The notes: generated by a model not told the origin, from the sequence alone. 64,000 nucleotides of DNA from an uncultured Holophaga sp. (GCA_963664825.1 OY761614.1:160001-224000); one strand, 5' to 3'. Positions 10,738 to 21,646 are shown, counted from the first letter of the stretch. Made by a program: numbers and translations.

Positions 10738-10832
10738 TCTGCGCTTCGCCCTGCCTTGCGGGTGCTATTCCGTTTCAGGGATCGAGACCTTGGTCCCCTT
10801 GTCCCTGGCTGCCCTCATTGAGCCTCCCAGGA

Positions 10833-10874
10833 GGACGAAGAAGGCCCCGGGAACTCCCGGGGCCTTCTTCGTCC
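10833..10874. terminator. Perfect hairpin between convergent hutI and DUF465 genes
   Basis: ggacgaagaaggccccggg-aact-cccggggccttcttcgtcc, 19-bp perfect stem. Confidence 0.7.
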
Positions 10875-10905
10875 AGTCGGCGCCTGCGCCAACCCCTTGA
10901 TTGAT

Positions 10906-11139
10906 TCACTGATTGCGGTGTTTTGAATCCTCTTGCACGATCTGGTAGATCCGCTCCTTGGCGCGGAGCTTGGCCTTCTTGAGCTCGGTTTCCTCCAGGG
11001 ATTCCTGGGAAGAGACACGGACCTTGTTCAGCAAACACTGGAGCCGCTCATCAGCGGCCGAGTGTTCTTCTAGGAGCTTTCGGAACTCCACGTGCTCTTT
11101 CAGCAGGCGTTCCTGGACATCAGGCTTCAGAAAATCCAT
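10906..11139 (-). CDS. DUF465 / YdcH family protein
   Basis: 77 aa, [12 protein letters not shown] and [13 protein letters not shown] pattern; GGAGG upstream. Confidence 0.8.
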   Translation of the reverse strand: MDFLKPDVQERLLKEHVEFRKLLEEHSAADERLQCLLNKVRVSSQESLEETELKKAKLRAKERIYQIVQEDSKHRNQ

Positions 11140-11261
11140 GCATCCTCCGAAAAAGGGTTGCGACCTTAGGTAGGTGCCTCGGTCTGGGGAAAGGGTACTC
11201 CCGAGTTATCCCCCGTCAAGGGAAGGCTTCCAATTCTGTAGCCTGCTATGCTGGGCCCCAA

Positions 11262-12173
11262 ATGACCCTTTTCATAAAACACTTGAGCTTGCATCGTCAG
11301 GACGGCGTCAGCCTCCTGGCCCCCTTCGAGCTGACCCTGTTGCCGCACCAGCGGGTGGCCCTGGTGGGGGAATCGGGGTCAGGAAAGAGCCTACTGCTCC
11401 GGGCCATCTTCGGAGTGTTGCCTCCGGGTATCCATCGGGGAGGAGGCCGCATCGAGGCCTTCGGAATCTCCATAGAAGGCCCCGGTGCCGGAGATCTCCT
11501 GGGGGGCCGCCTGGGCTGGGTGCCCCAGGAGGCCCTGACCGCCCTGAATCCCCTCCTGAGGATCCAGGATCAGCTCACCCTGTTGCCCCGAGCCCACCGG
11601 CACCAATCCCAACGGCAAACCCTCCTGCGCTTGGCTCCCCTGATGGAGCGCCTGCGCCTCCCCCAGGAAAGGGCCTTCCTGGGGCGCTTCCCCCTGGAAT
11701 TGAGCGGGGGCCAGCGCCAGCGCGTCGCCTTGCTCATGGCCCTCTCCTGCGACCCGGAGCTCCTCCTCCTGGATGAGCCCACCTCGGCCCTGGACCCCGA
11801 ACTTCAGGCAGAATTTCTTGCCACGATGGCCGATCTTCAGAGGGACCGGGGCCTCGGGTCCCTCTGGATAACCCATGATCTCCGGGTGGCCGCCCGTGTC
11901 GCGGATCGCATGATCGTGCTTTACGGGGGCGAGAGGCTGGAAGCCGGTCCTACGGAACGAATCCTCCGAGCCCCGAGCCACCCCTACACCCAGCGCCTGT
12001 TCTCGGCGGCCCGAGGCGAGCCTTCAAAAGAATCCGGATTCCTCGAAGCCCCGGAATATCGAAAAGCCGGCTGTCCCTTCCAGCCCCGCTGCCCCCGGGC
12101 CATGGCCAGCTGCGCCCTCTGGGCTCCCTGGAAGGGCAGCCCAGAGGACGGCATCCGCTGCGAAAGGGCCTGA
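11262..12173 (+). CDS. Oligopeptide/dipeptide ABC transporter ATP-binding protein (orphan here)
   Basis: [31 protein letters not shown] and GCPFQPRC C-terminal motif. Confidence 0.9.
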   Translation: MTLFIKHLSLHRQDGVSLLAPFELTLLPHQRVALVGESGSGKSLLLRAIFGVLPPGIHRGGGRIEAFGISIEGPGAGDLLGGRLGWVPQEALTALNPLLRIQDQLTLLPRAHRHQSQRQTLLRLAPLMERLRLPQERAFLGRFPLELSGGQRQRVALLMALSCDPELLLLDEPTSALDPELQAEFLATMADLQRDRGLGSLWITHDLRVAARVADRMIVLYGGERLEAGPTERILRAPSHPYTQRLFSAARGEPSKESGFLEAPEYRKAGCPFQPRCPRAMASCALWAPWKGSPEDGIRCERA

Positions 12174-12188
12174 AGCCCCAACCGAAAA

Positions 12189-13094
12189 TCAGGCGTGTAC
12201 GGACAGCGCCGTGCCGCTGGAGGCCTTGATGAGGCCCCGGCTGAGGGTGAAATCCATGCGCCCCAGGTTCACGCCGCCGAAACCCACCTGGAAGATCAGG
12301 GTCTCCCCCCCCTCGTTCTTCATCCGCACGGGCTCTTCCAGGAAGGTATGGCTGTGGCCCCCGACGATCACATCGATCCCGGGCAGCTGCTTGGCCAGGG
12401 TGAGATCGTCCCAGCCTGTGCCCTTCAGGTCATGACCGAGGTGGGAGAGGAGCACCACCATGTCCACCTTCTCCTGCTCCCGCAACAGCTTGACCACCGG
12501 TTTGAGGCTCGCGAGAGGATCCATCCAGGTGACACCTTCATGGTTCTTGGGCGTGACGAGCCCCTTGAAATCCACGATGACCCCCGTGATGCCCACCCTC
12601 ACACCCGGGAGCTGCTTCACGATCCAGGGCTTGACCCGCTGGGCCAGCCTAGGGGCCCCCTTCATGTCCAGATTGCAGTTCACGAAGGAGAACTTGGCCT
12701 CGGCCATGGCCGTGAGCAGGCCATCCACGCCATTATCGAAGTCGTGGTTGCCCAGAGTGCCCACATCGTAGCCCATCATCGACATGAGTTTGTAGTCCAG
12801 GACGCCCTTGTATCGGTTGAAGTAGGGGGTGCCCTGGAAGACATCCCCGGCATCCAGCAGCAGGACATTCCCGAGCTGGGCGCGGAGCTGTTTGACGAGG
12901 GTGGCGCGGCGGGCCATGCCCCCCCTGCCCGAGAGATTGCCATTGCCGGGACCGAAGGGTTCGATGCGCGAATGGGTGTCGTTGGTGTGGAGCAGCGTGA
13001 GGCGGGCGCTGGCGGGCGCATCCTCCCTGCGTAGGGGAACGCAGGAGGCCAGACCCATGGCTCCCAGGCTTGCGAGGAAATTCCGGCGTTTCAT
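12189..13094 (-). CDS. 5'-nucleotidase metallophosphoesterase (N-terminal half), Tat lipoprotein
   Basis: RRNFL Tat motif plus LASC lipobox; LHTNDTH, DAGD, LGNHDFD, LSHLG, GGHSH. Confidence 0.9.
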   Translation of the reverse strand: MKRRNFLASLGAMGLASCVPLRREDAPASARLTLLHTNDTHSRIEPFGPGNGNLSGRGGMARRATLVKQLRAQLGNVLLLDAGDVFQGTPYFNRYKGVLDYKLMSMMGYDVGTLGNHDFDNGVDGLLTAMAEAKFSFVNCNLDMKGAPRLAQRVKPWIVKQLPGVRVGITGVIVDFKGLVTPKNHEGVTWMDPLASLKPVVKLLREQEKVDMVVLLSHLGHDLKGTGWDDLTLAKQLPGIDVIVGGHSHTFLEEPVRMKNEGGETLIFQVGFGGVNLGRMDFTLSRGLIKASSGTALSVHA

Positions 13095-13102
13095 ATCCGC
13101 TC

Positions 13103-13897
13103 CTACCTGCTCACTTTCTTTTCACGAAAGGCCTGATACATCTCGGGCGGAATTAGGAAGCGCTGCCCCGGGGGAGGGAGGAGCGGAGCCTTGAGATTCC
13201 CGAGGTGCGCACAGGCATCGAGCAGCAGATCCCGCAGCGCGAGGCCGGTGGTGATGGGGCGCCTTCCCTGACGGAGGACGGAGACACCATCCCCGCTGGC
13301 CAGCAGGTAGTCGGTGAGGGCCACCTTCACGATTTCCGCCGGGTCGATGAGGCTGCCGTCGCTCCAGGTGATGGTGAATTCTGGCTTCAAGGGCGTCCCG
13401 CCCACCTTGGCCTTGACCCCTGAGCAGGGCTCGCCTTGGCGCCGGTAGATGCCCTCCGTGACGATCTGGAGGATCTCCGCACCGGTGTAATCGGCCACCA
13501 CCATCTCGTTTTCGAAGGGCATCACCTCGTAGACATCGGAGACCTTCACCACGCCGGGGCGGATGTTCCCCCGCAGGCCGCCCGAATTGGTGATGGCAAA
13601 TTTCACAGGCGCGCCGACGATCTGCTCGGCCCGCTCCCGCATGAGATCGGCCACCCAGTAGCCCAGGAAATTTTCCTCACCGCCCCGCCCCCGGAAGAGC
13701 CCCTGGGGTGCCGTCACCAGTTCCTTGCCGAAGGTGCCCTTCATCTCGAGGGCAAGGGGCGCGATGACCTTGGCCACGGCCTCGTCATCGGGAATGGAAT
13801 CGACCACGGGAATCGGCTGGGCCCGATCGAGCTTGACCGGACTCTGGGCCGCCAGGGCCACGCCAATGGAGAGGAATATCGCGTTTTGAACCTTCAC
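13103..13897 (-). CDS. 5'-nucleotidase C-terminal substrate-binding domain protein
   Basis: NSGGLRGNI, VMPFENE, TDYL..GDG; signal peptide; adjacent to the catalytic half. Confidence 0.9.
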   Translation of the reverse strand: MKVQNAIFLSIGVALAAQSPVKLDRAQPIPVVDSIPDDEAVAKVIAPLALEMKGTFGKELVTAPQGLFRGRGGEENFLGYWVADLMRERAEQIVGAPVKFAITNSGGLRGNIRPGVVKVSDVYEVMPFENEMVVADYTGAEILQIVTEGIYRRQGEPCSGVKAKVGGTPLKPEFTITWSDGSLIDPAEIVKVALTDYLLASGDGVSVLRQGRRPITTGLALRDLLLDACAHLGNLKAPLLPPPGQRFLIPPEMYQAFREKKVSR

Positions 13898-13921
13898 ACG
13901 TTTCTCCTTATGCCTTTCGTC

Positions 13922-14887
13922 TCAACCGGGAAGGACTTCGCCCGCGGCACGCCGCTGCAAGTCCAGGATCTCCGCCCGCACCCTGGCGTCATGCCTCCAG
14001 AAAAGGGCCACGGCACGCAGCGTCCACCCGATCACCCAGGCCGCCGCCAGGGTGGCCAGGGACTGAAGGAGCAGGAAAACCCATACTCTCACGGGCGTGG
14101 CCCCTCCCCAGCGCCAAGCCAGGAAAAGCACGACGAAATGTAGGCCCAGGCGGAAGACCACCCCCCCGGCCAGGAGCAGCGCCCATTGCATGACGTTCAA
14201 CCACAGGCGCAGAAAGCTGTGCCCCAGGTGACGCCCGAGCGCCGTCCAGGAACCCATGCGGAATCCCCCACAGGCCCCCGCTCGGTTCGCCCTGCACAGC
14301 CACCACTGCAGGAGAAAGGCTGAAACCGCCGTCAATCGGACGAGGGTTCTGCCCACCAGATTCGCCCACCCCAGCCCTTGAATCCCCGTGCCTCCCAGGA
14401 TCCCCAGGAACCACGTCAGGGCCAGCGTCAATAGGCAGATTGGCAGAAACCCGATTAGTAGGGCATCCACGAGGCCAAAGATCCAGGGTGCAAAGGCGGC
14501 TCGCTGAGCGACAGCCTTCGCCTGCACTTTCCAACCCGCCCAGAGCACCCAGGCCAGGAAGCCCAGCACGAGTAGGGGCGTCCAGAAGCCGAGAGGGTGT
14601 TCCAGGAGCTTGCCGTTTTCCATCAATTCCCAGACATCCCTGGCCGAGAGCTGCTCACCCCAGAAGGTCGGTAGCGCGCTCCACCCCGCCAATCGGCGCA
14701 AATGCTGGGCCCAGACGGCGCTGGACAGGATCTGGAAGCCCAGCCAGGCCAGGAGCAGCTGCAACCCCGCGCCCGAGAATCCCCCGGGCAGGGCAGGTTC
14801 CAGGAAGGCCCAGGGACCGCGAGGGCTGAGGACTTCTTCGGCCATGGCCGTTTCTGGGGGAGGTTGGCGTTCGGGTTCCATGTTCAT
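13922..14887 (-). CDS. Hypothetical integral membrane protein
   Basis: Long ORF with several hydrophobic helices; start uncertain (14914, 14887 or 14881). Confidence 0.65.
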   Translation of the reverse strand: MNMEPERQPPPETAMAEEVLSPRGPWAFLEPALPGGFSGAGLQLLLAWLGFQILSSAVWAQHLRRLAGWSALPTFWGEQLSARDVWELMENGKLLEHPLGFWTPLLVLGFLAWVLWAGWKVQAKAVAQRAAFAPWIFGLVDALLIGFLPICLLTLALTWFLGILGGTGIQGLGWANLVGRTLVRLTAVSAFLLQWWLCRANRAGACGGFRMGSWTALGRHLGHSFLRLWLNVMQWALLLAGGVVFRLGLHFVVLFLAWRWGGATPVRVWVFLLLQSLATLAAAWVIGWTLRAVALFWRHDARVRAEILDLQRRAAGEVLPG

Positions 14888-14965
14888 TCCTGGGTCCTCA
14901 CCATGGAACCACAAAGCCGCGCCGCTCGCGCCAGGAATCGCCCACTCTTGCCGGGAGAGGCACTG

Positions 14966-15403
14966 TCAGAGGCCATTCCCCCGGGACTTGAGAAACGTGG
15001 CCAGATAGACGTCCTCGCCCTGAAAGTGGTCCAGCAGCCAGCCCTCGAGGAAATCCAGGACCGGAGCCGTCAAGTCGGTCCGGCCCTCCTCGAAACGGAG
15101 GCTGAGCTCCTCCATCTGGGAGACCAGGCTCCCGTGGATCCCCTTGTGCTCGATGACGCCCGGATATCCGAAGCGGTCCATGAGCTCTTCTTCCATTTGG
15201 AAGTGCGCCACGGTGCCATTCTTCAGGGCATCCAGTGCAGCGCTCAATTCGGCCTTGGCCTTCCCTTGAGTCACGGCCTCATGCAACTGGTTGAAGGTCT
15301 CGGTAAGCGCCCGGTGCTGTTCATCAATCTTGGTATGGCCCGTCTCGAGACGGGGTTTCCAGGTAATCAATCCCACTTTTAAGGCTCCTTTGGCGTTCTT
15401 CAT
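14966..15403 (-). CDS. Bacteriohemerythrin (single domain)
   Basis: W....ETG...IDEQH, HFQMEE, HKGIH and HFQGED provide all di-iron ligands. Confidence 0.9.
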   Translation of the reverse strand: MKNAKGALKVGLITWKPRLETGHTKIDEQHRALTETFNQLHEAVTQGKAKAELSAALDALKNGTVAHFQMEEELMDRFGYPGVIEHKGIHGSLVSQMEELSLRFEEGRTDLTAPVLDFLEGWLLDHFQGEDVYLATFLKSRGNGL

Positions 15404-15537
15404 CCTAGGAGCCCCTTCCCGGATTATCCAGGCCACCCCAATGGCAGAATTTAATCATTCCAATGTACAAGGTCGATAAACAGACACTTGGCCGATGAGG
15501 CCAGGCCTCTCCTGAGCCATCAGAGAATGAGGGAACC

Positions 15538-17580
15538 GTGCCCGACCCAGCGCCTGCAGCACCCGAATTCCTTCAGGATCTGCCCGCCATCCTGGTGGTG
15601 GAGGATGACCCTCATTTTTCCGAACTGATGGGCCGAATCCTCTCCCCTCGACACGGTTTCACCCAGGTTTCGATCACCCGTTCCATGAGCCAAGCCCTCG
15701 CCTGCCTGGAGACCCAAGCCTTCGGTCTGATCTTCCTGGATTTGAATCTCCCGGATTCCAAGGGGATGCCGACCCTCTCCAGGATTCTGCCCCAATCCCA
15801 GGAGGCCCAGGTCCTGGTGATGACCGGCGAAGTGGACGAGGAGAAGGCCCTCCAGGCCATGCGGGAGGGAGCTCACGACTACTTGGTGAAGGGACACCTC
15901 TCCCCAGACGCGCTGCGGCGGACCGCCCGCTACGCCCTGGAGCGCTACGCGGCGGGTCGGGCCCTGCGCCAGTATCGGATTCTCCTCAGTGGGAGCATGG
16001 ACGCGCTTCAAGCCTGCATCGCCATCCTGGATTCCGCAGGCAGGGTGCAGATCACCAATTCCCGATGGCGCACCTATTCCGACTCCGGCAACCCGCTAAT
16101 CCATGGGTGCAGCGAGGGCGTCGACTACAGGAGCGCCGTCATGCGTTTCTGGAATGTGGTGGACCCCGATATCACCGAGCCCACGGAGGTGAAGGGGCTG
16201 CTCCAGGTGCTGGCGGGCCAGAGGGACCGGTTCACCATGGACTATTCGGCTCAGCTGGCCTCGGGCAGGGCCTGGTACGGGTTGAGCGTGGAGCGTTTCA
16301 GCGAGAGCGGGAATATCCATCTGGTCATCGCCCATATCGATATCACCGAACGCAAGGAACTGGAGGTCCAGCTCAAGGCCTCCGAGGATCTGTTCACCCT
16401 TATCACGCAAAATGTCGTGGATCTGATGGCCATCATCGAGCCCTCCGGCCACCGGGTCTACACCAGCCCCTCCTACCTGCGCCAGCTGGGTTTTGACGCG
16501 GGCGAAATGGAAGCCTTCTCGAGTCTGGAACTGCTGCACCCGGGGGATAAAGCCAGTTTTACGGAGGCCCTGGACCGTCTCTTCGCCGAAGGGCGCCTGG
16601 ATGGGCGGCACTACCGACTCCGACGCAAGGACGGCCAGTATCGGGATTTCGAATCCAATGGGGTGGTCATCCGGGACGATCCCGGCAAACCTCCCAGGGC
16701 CCTGCTGGTGGCCCGAGATATCACGGATCGGCGGAACGCCGAGCTCGAGCGAGAGCAGATGGAAGTGCAGCTGCGCCATGCGCAGAAACTGGAGGCCATC
16801 GGGCAGCTCGCCGCGGGCATCGCCCACGAGATCAATACCCCCACCCAGTATATCGGGGACAACGCGATCTTCCTGCGGGACGCCTTCAAGGATGTGCTGG
16901 GCTTCATGGCCCTCGTCCAGGAGAGGATCAGCCAGGGCGCCCTTCCCCTGGAATGGGAGGAACGGGTCCAAGCATTGGACCTGGACTACCTCCAGGAGGA
17001 GATCCCTAGGGCCATCCAGCAGAGCCTGGAGGGCGTTGGCCGGGTCTCCAAGATCGTGTCTGCCATGAAGGATTTCTCCCATCCCGGGGGCGCCCTGCGG
17101 GAGCGCGTGGACCTCAACCGGGCCATCGAGAGCACCATCACCGTCTCCCGCAACACCTGGAAATACGTGGCCACCCTCGAGACGGATTTCGACCCCCAAC
17201 TTCCCCTCGTGCCCTGTTTCCCGGGAGAGTTCAACCAGGTGATCCTGAACATCCTGGTCAATGCCGCTCATGCCATCGAGGAGGCCAATGGCGGCAGGGC
17301 TTCAGGTCGCCTAGGCCTCATCCGCGTGAGCACTCGCCAGCAGGGCGACACCGTGGAAATCCGCATCTCGGACACCGGAACGGGCATTCCCAAGGAGATC
17401 CGTTCCCGGATCTTCGAGCCCTTCTTCACCACCAAGCCCGTGGGAAAAGGCACGGGCCAAGGCCTCTCCATCGCCCGCGCCGTGATCGTCGACAAGCACC
17501 ACGGGAAGCTCGATCTTCAGAGCGAACCCGGCCAGGGCACCACCTTCCTGTTACAGCTTCCCTTGAACCCCCCGGAATGA
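15538..17580 (+). CDS. Hybrid sensor histidine kinase REC-PAS-PAS-HisKA-HATPase
   Basis: VEDD...LDLNLPD receiver, PAS/PAC motifs (DITERK), AHEINTP H-box, NAAHA, DTGTG, GTGQGL. Confidence 0.95.
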   Translation: MPDPAPAAPEFLQDLPAILVVEDDPHFSELMGRILSPRHGFTQVSITRSMSQALACLETQAFGLIFLDLNLPDSKGMPTLSRILPQSQEAQVLVMTGEVDEEKALQAMREGAHDYLVKGHLSPDALRRTARYALERYAAGRALRQYRILLSGSMDALQACIAILDSAGRVQITNSRWRTYSDSGNPLIHGCSEGVDYRSAVMRFWNVVDPDITEPTEVKGLLQVLAGQRDRFTMDYSAQLASGRAWYGLSVERFSESGNIHLVIAHIDITERKELEVQLKASEDLFTLITQNVVDLMAIIEPSGHRVYTSPSYLRQLGFDAGEMEAFSSLELLHPGDKASFTEALDRLFAEGRLDGRHYRLRRKDGQYRDFESNGVVIRDDPGKPPRALLVARDITDRRNAELEREQMEVQLRHAQKLEAIGQLAAGIAHEINTPTQYIGDNAIFLRDAFKDVLGFMALVQERISQGALPLEWEERVQALDLDYLQEEIPRAIQQSLEGVGRVSKIVSAMKDFSHPGGALRERVDLNRAIESTITVSRNTWKYVATLETDFDPQLPLVPCFPGEFNQVILNILVNAAHAIEEANGGRASGRLGLIRVSTRQQGDTVEIRISDTGTGIPKEIRSRIFEPFFTTKPVGKGTGQGLSIARAVIVDKHHGKLDLQSEPGQGTTFLLQLPLNPPE

Positions 17581-19217
17581 CCATGGCCCCCCCTTTCCTC
17601 CGCATCCTCCTGGTGGAAGATTCCGATCTGGACGCCCTCCTGATCCAGCGACACCTGCAAAAGGCCGGGCTGGATTTCGAGGTGCACCGGGCCGTATCGG
17701 TTGCCGAGGCCCTCTCCACCCTGGCCTCCGTGCAAATCGATCTGATCCTCACGGATTACCGGCTCCCGGGGGGGGATGGCCTCGCCCTCAGCCGCGCCGT
17801 CCAGGCGATGGATCCCGATCTGCCCTGCATCCTGGTCTCGGGCCAGATCGGGGAGGATATCGCAGTGGAAGCCCTCCACGCCGGGGCCCGGGATTTCATC
17901 CTCAAGGGCCATCTGGCCCGTCTGGTCCCGGCCATCCAGCGCGAACAGGCCGAGACGGTCCTGCGGCGCCAGCGCCACAGCCTGGAAGCCGCGGAGATTG
18001 GGCAGGCGAAATTCCTCCAGACCCTCCTGGATACCCTTCCCAACCCCGTCTTCTTCAAGGATCGCGAGGGCCGGTACCAGGGATGCAACCGGGCCTTCGA
18101 GTGCGCCTTCGGCGTGTCGAAGGCAGATCTCTGCGGCAAGACCGTCTTCGAGCTCCTGCCCAAGACGATGGCCGAACACCTCCATGCCCAGGATCAGGCC
18201 CTCCTGGCGCATTCCGGGATCCAGTTCTACCAATCCCAGGTGCAATTCGCCGATGGAACCCTCCACGAGGTGGTGATCTCCAAGGCCACCTACATGGACG
18301 GGACCACCCAAGGGGTGGTGGGCACACTCATGGATATCACCGCGCGCAAGAAGGCCGAGGACGAGCGCCAGCAAATGGAGGCACAGTTGCGCCAGGCCCA
18401 GAAACTGGAGGCCATCGGACAGCTCGCCGCAGGCATCGCCCATGAGATCAACACCCCCACCCAATACATCGGGGACAACGCGATCTTCCTGCGGGATGCC
18501 TTCCAAAATGTGCTGGGGTTCCTCGCCGAACTCCAACAGGAAAGCACGGCGGACACCCTCCCGGATCCAGGCACCCTGAAGGACCGGATCGAGGCCCTGG
18601 ATCTGGATTACCTCCGGGAGGAGATCCCCCGAGCCATCCAGCAGAGCCTGGAGGGCGTGGACCGGGTCTCCAGGATCGTATCGGCCATGAAGGACTTCTC
18701 CCATCCGGGGGGTGCGGCCCAGGAGCAGGTGGACCTCAACCGCGCCATCGAGAGCACCCTCACCGTCTCCCACAACGCCTGGCATTATGTGGCCACCCTC
18801 GAGACGGACTTCGATCCCGAGCTTCCCCTGGTGCCCTGCTTTGCCAGCGAGTTCAACCAGGTGGTGCTCAACCTCCTGGTGAATGCGGCTCACGCCATCG
18901 AGGAGGCAAATGCATCCAAGGGTCCGGGAGCAATGGGCCTCATCCGCGTAAGCACGCGTCGCGTCGGAGACATGGCGGAGATCCGTATCTCGGACACAGG
19001 AACGGGCATCCCTGAGCAGATCCAATCTAGGATCTTCGAGCCCTTCTTCACCACGAAGCCCGTGGGGAAAGGCACGGGCCAGGGCCTCTCCATCGCCCAC
19101 GGCGTGATCGTCGAGAAACACCACGGGAGGATCGATTTCCAGAGTACCCAGGGGAAGGGCACCACCTTCATCCTCCAGTTGCCCCTGCATCCATCAAACA
19201 CGGGGAGGACGTCATGA
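17577..19217 (+). CDS. Hybrid sensor histidine kinase REC-PAS-HisKA-HATPase
   Basis: N-terminal receiver, PAS (FFKDREGRY), AHEINTP and G boxes; kinase core is a close paralog of the previous gene. Confidence 0.95.
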   Translation: MTMAPPFLRILLVEDSDLDALLIQRHLQKAGLDFEVHRAVSVAEALSTLASVQIDLILTDYRLPGGDGLALSRAVQAMDPDLPCILVSGQIGEDIAVEALHAGARDFILKGHLARLVPAIQREQAETVLRRQRHSLEAAEIGQAKFLQTLLDTLPNPVFFKDREGRYQGCNRAFECAFGVSKADLCGKTVFELLPKTMAEHLHAQDQALLAHSGIQFYQSQVQFADGTLHEVVISKATYMDGTTQGVVGTLMDITARKKAEDERQQMEAQLRQAQKLEAIGQLAAGIAHEINTPTQYIGDNAIFLRDAFQNVLGFLAELQQESTADTLPDPGTLKDRIEALDLDYLREEIPRAIQQSLEGVDRVSRIVSAMKDFSHPGGAAQEQVDLNRAIESTLTVSHNAWHYVATLETDFDPELPLVPCFASEFNQVVLNLLVNAAHAIEEANASKGPGAMGLIRVSTRRVGDMAEIRISDTGTGIPEQIQSRIFEPFFTTKPVGKGTGQGLSIAHGVIVEKHHGRIDFQSTQGKGTTFILQLPLHPSNTGRTS

Positions 19218-19279
19218 TTACGCAGCAGGAGCGCAGGGCTACGTGGCCGCAGGCACAGCCCACAGGAGGTGCAGCATGA
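19214..19279 (+). CDS. 21-aa mini-ORF, translationally coupled at both ends
   Basis: MITQQERRATWPQAQPTGGAA*; ATGA overlap with the upstream kinase stop and with the downstream start; GGGGAGG just upstream. Confidence 0.45.
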   Translation: MITQQERRATWPQAQPTGGAA

Positions 19280-20466
19280 AGCAGCGCATCCTCTTCGTGG
19301 ACGACGAGCCCAATGTCCTGAGCGGCCTGCAGCGCATGCTGCGCAGCATGCGGAGCGAGTGGGACATGCGTTTCTGCGAAAGCGGGGCCCAGGCCCTGGA
19401 GGAAATGGCGCGCCAACCCTTCGATGTGGTCGTTTCCGATATGCGGATGCCGGGCATGAACGGTGCTGAGTTCCTGCGGGAGACCATGCACCGCTATCCC
19501 AGCACCGTGCGCATCGTGCTCTCGGGCCATGCGGAACGGGATCTGGTGAATCAATGCGTGGGCATCGCCCAGCAGTACATCTCCAAGCCCTGCGATCCCG
19601 AGCAACTCAAGTCCCTGATCCACAACGCCACCCTCATCGGCGGGAATATGGTGGCCGAGGGCGTCAAGCGCATCATCGGTTCCATCGAACGCCTGCCCAG
19701 CGCTCCCTACCTGTACGTGGAATTGGTGGAGGCCTTGAAGGAAGAAAATGTCACCACGCGGTCCCTGGGCGAGATCATCCAGCAGGATATGGGCATGACC
19801 GCCAAGATCCTCAAGCTGGTCAATAGCGCCTTTTTCGGCCTGCGTCGAACCATCGAGAGCCCGCAGGAAGCCCTAGTGTATCTGGGGATCGATACCATCA
19901 AGGGCCTCGTGCTGGCCAACGGCATCTTCGAATACGCTAGGCCCCTCGAAATTCACGCCCTCACCATCCAAGATCTCTGGGATCGCAGCCTCCTGGTGGG
20001 CAATGGCGCCAAACGCCTGGCCAAGACCGAGGGGCTCAGCCGGGAACTCCAAGAGGAGACCTTCGTGGGAGGGGTGCTCCACGATCTCGGTGTGCTCCTC
20101 CTGGCCTACAATTTCCCCCATCAATACGAGCGGGTGGCTGAGATGGTCCAGGCCGAGGGGATTAGCATCTCCATTGCCGAACAGTGGGAATTTGGAGTCA
20201 CCCACGCCGAGGTCGGAGCCTACCTGCTGGGCCTGTGGGGCATCCCGGCCTCCATCCTCAATATCGTCAGCCTGCATCACCACCCTGGGCGGACCCCCTG
20301 CCCCAGTTTCTCGCCCCTGCTCGCCGTCCACCTGGCCGGCGTCTTTTCCAAGACCCATCCCCTTTTCGCCACCAGCCCACTGGATACCAAACTGCTAGAC
20401 ACCCGTGGTTTCACTCCCCACCTTGAGCGCTGGCGGGCGATCATCACCGAGACCTCGCTCGATTGA
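19276..20466 (+). CDS. Response regulator with HDOD domain
   Basis: FVDDE, SDMRMP receiver; AKILKLVNSAFFG, LHDLG, GVTHAEVGAYLLGLWG. Confidence 0.92.
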   Translation: MKQRILFVDDEPNVLSGLQRMLRSMRSEWDMRFCESGAQALEEMARQPFDVVVSDMRMPGMNGAEFLRETMHRYPSTVRIVLSGHAERDLVNQCVGIAQQYISKPCDPEQLKSLIHNATLIGGNMVAEGVKRIIGSIERLPSAPYLYVELVEALKEENVTTRSLGEIIQQDMGMTAKILKLVNSAFFGLRRTIESPQEALVYLGIDTIKGLVLANGIFEYARPLEIHALTIQDLWDRSLLVGNGAKRLAKTEGLSRELQEETFVGGVLHDLGVLLLAYNFPHQYERVAEMVQAEGISISIAEQWEFGVTHAEVGAYLLGLWGIPASILNIVSLHHHPGRTPCPSFSPLLAVHLAGVFSKTHPLFATSPLDTKLLDTRGFTPHLERWRAIITETSLD

Positions 20467-20483
20467 CCCCAGCTGGAGGCAAC

Positions 20484-21635
20484 ATGACCCAGAAGATCCT
20501 GCTCGTGGATGACGACGAGAACATCCTTCAGGGCTACCAACGGAACCTGCATCGAGGCTTCGAACTGGTGGTGGCCTCCTGGGGGGCCCAGGCCATCCAG
20601 ATCCTGGAGGACGACGGCCCCTACGCGGTGCTGGTGGCCGATATGCGGATGCCCGGGATGTCGGGGCTGGAGCTGCTGGAAATAGCCCGCCAGCGCTGGC
20701 CCGGCACCATCCGGATCATGCTCACGGGCAATGCCGAACAGAAGACCGCTGTGGACGCGGTCAACCACGGCCAGGTCTTCCGCTTCCTGACCAAGCCCTG
20801 CCCTCCCGAGGAGCTGGCCCTGGCCATCGAGGCCGGCCTCCGCCAGTATCAGCTCCAGGAAGCCGAGCGGATCCTCCTGGAGAAGACGCTGACTGGCAGC
20901 CTCCAGGTGCTCACCGATCTCCTTTCGCTGCTGGACCCGGAAGCCTTCGGATGGGCCCAGATCATCCGAGATCGGGCCCGGAGAGTGGCCCTCCACCTTG
21001 GTTACTCCCAGGTCTGGTGCCTGGAGATCGCCGCCCTGCTGGCGCCCATCGGCAAGCTCACGCTGCCCGCGGGACTGGAGGCGCGAGCTCGAAGCGGAGG
21101 CCCCATGACCCCCCAGGAGTTGCTGTTCCTGGAGCGCATCCCCGAGACCGGAGCCCAGCTCCTGGGCTCCATCCCCCGCATGGAGAAAGTGGTCGAGATC
21201 ATCCGCTACCAGGCCAAGCACTACAGCGGCGCAGGCTTCCCCCACGATGGACTGAAGGGAGAGGACATCCCCTGGGGCTCGCGAATCCTCCTGCCCCTTC
21301 AGCATTTCACCGAAGTCGAACGCACCCGCCGCAATATCTTCGTGGCCATGGAGGAGCTCAAGCTCCACGCCAACTGGTACGACCCCCGGGTGCTCTCGGC
21401 CATGAAGGACTGCCTCCTGCCCCTGCCCGGAGGGGCCAAGGTCTCCGAGAAGGTGAATCCCCACCCGGCCCGCTTCCTGGAGGCGGGCATGTGCCTGGCC
21501 GCCGATCTCAAGACTCAGACCGGGAAGGTGGTGATCTATGCCGGCACAAGGCTCTGCCCCCCCCACATCATGCTGATCCGCGATATGGCCGAACTGCTCG
21601 GCCTCGAGGAGCCCGCCTACGTGCTCGGTTCCTGA
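20484..21635 (+). CDS. Response regulator with degenerate HD-GYP-like domain
   Basis: Receiver (VDDD, DMRMP, FLTKP); LAPIGK in place of LHDIGK; GAGFP; IPWGSRIL. Confidence 0.88.
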   Translation: MTQKILLVDDDENILQGYQRNLHRGFELVVASWGAQAIQILEDDGPYAVLVADMRMPGMSGLELLEIARQRWPGTIRIMLTGNAEQKTAVDAVNHGQVFRFLTKPCPPEELALAIEAGLRQYQLQEAERILLEKTLTGSLQVLTDLLSLLDPEAFGWAQIIRDRARRVALHLGYSQVWCLEIAALLAPIGKLTLPAGLEARARSGGPMTPQELLFLERIPETGAQLLGSIPRMEKVVEIIRYQAKHYSGAGFPHDGLKGEDIPWGSRILLPLQHFTEVERTRRNIFVAMEELKLHANWYDPRVLSAMKDCLLPLPGGAKVSEKVNPHPARFLEAGMCLAADLKTQTGKVVIYAGTRLCPPHIMLIRDMAELLGLEEPAYVLGS

Positions 21636-21646
21636 AGGGGAAAGCG

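Noticed and set aside
20951..21646. N-terminal extension of the 614-aa ORF
   Set aside because: It overlaps the preceding regulator in another frame; the real start is ATG 21647 at the receiver domain.
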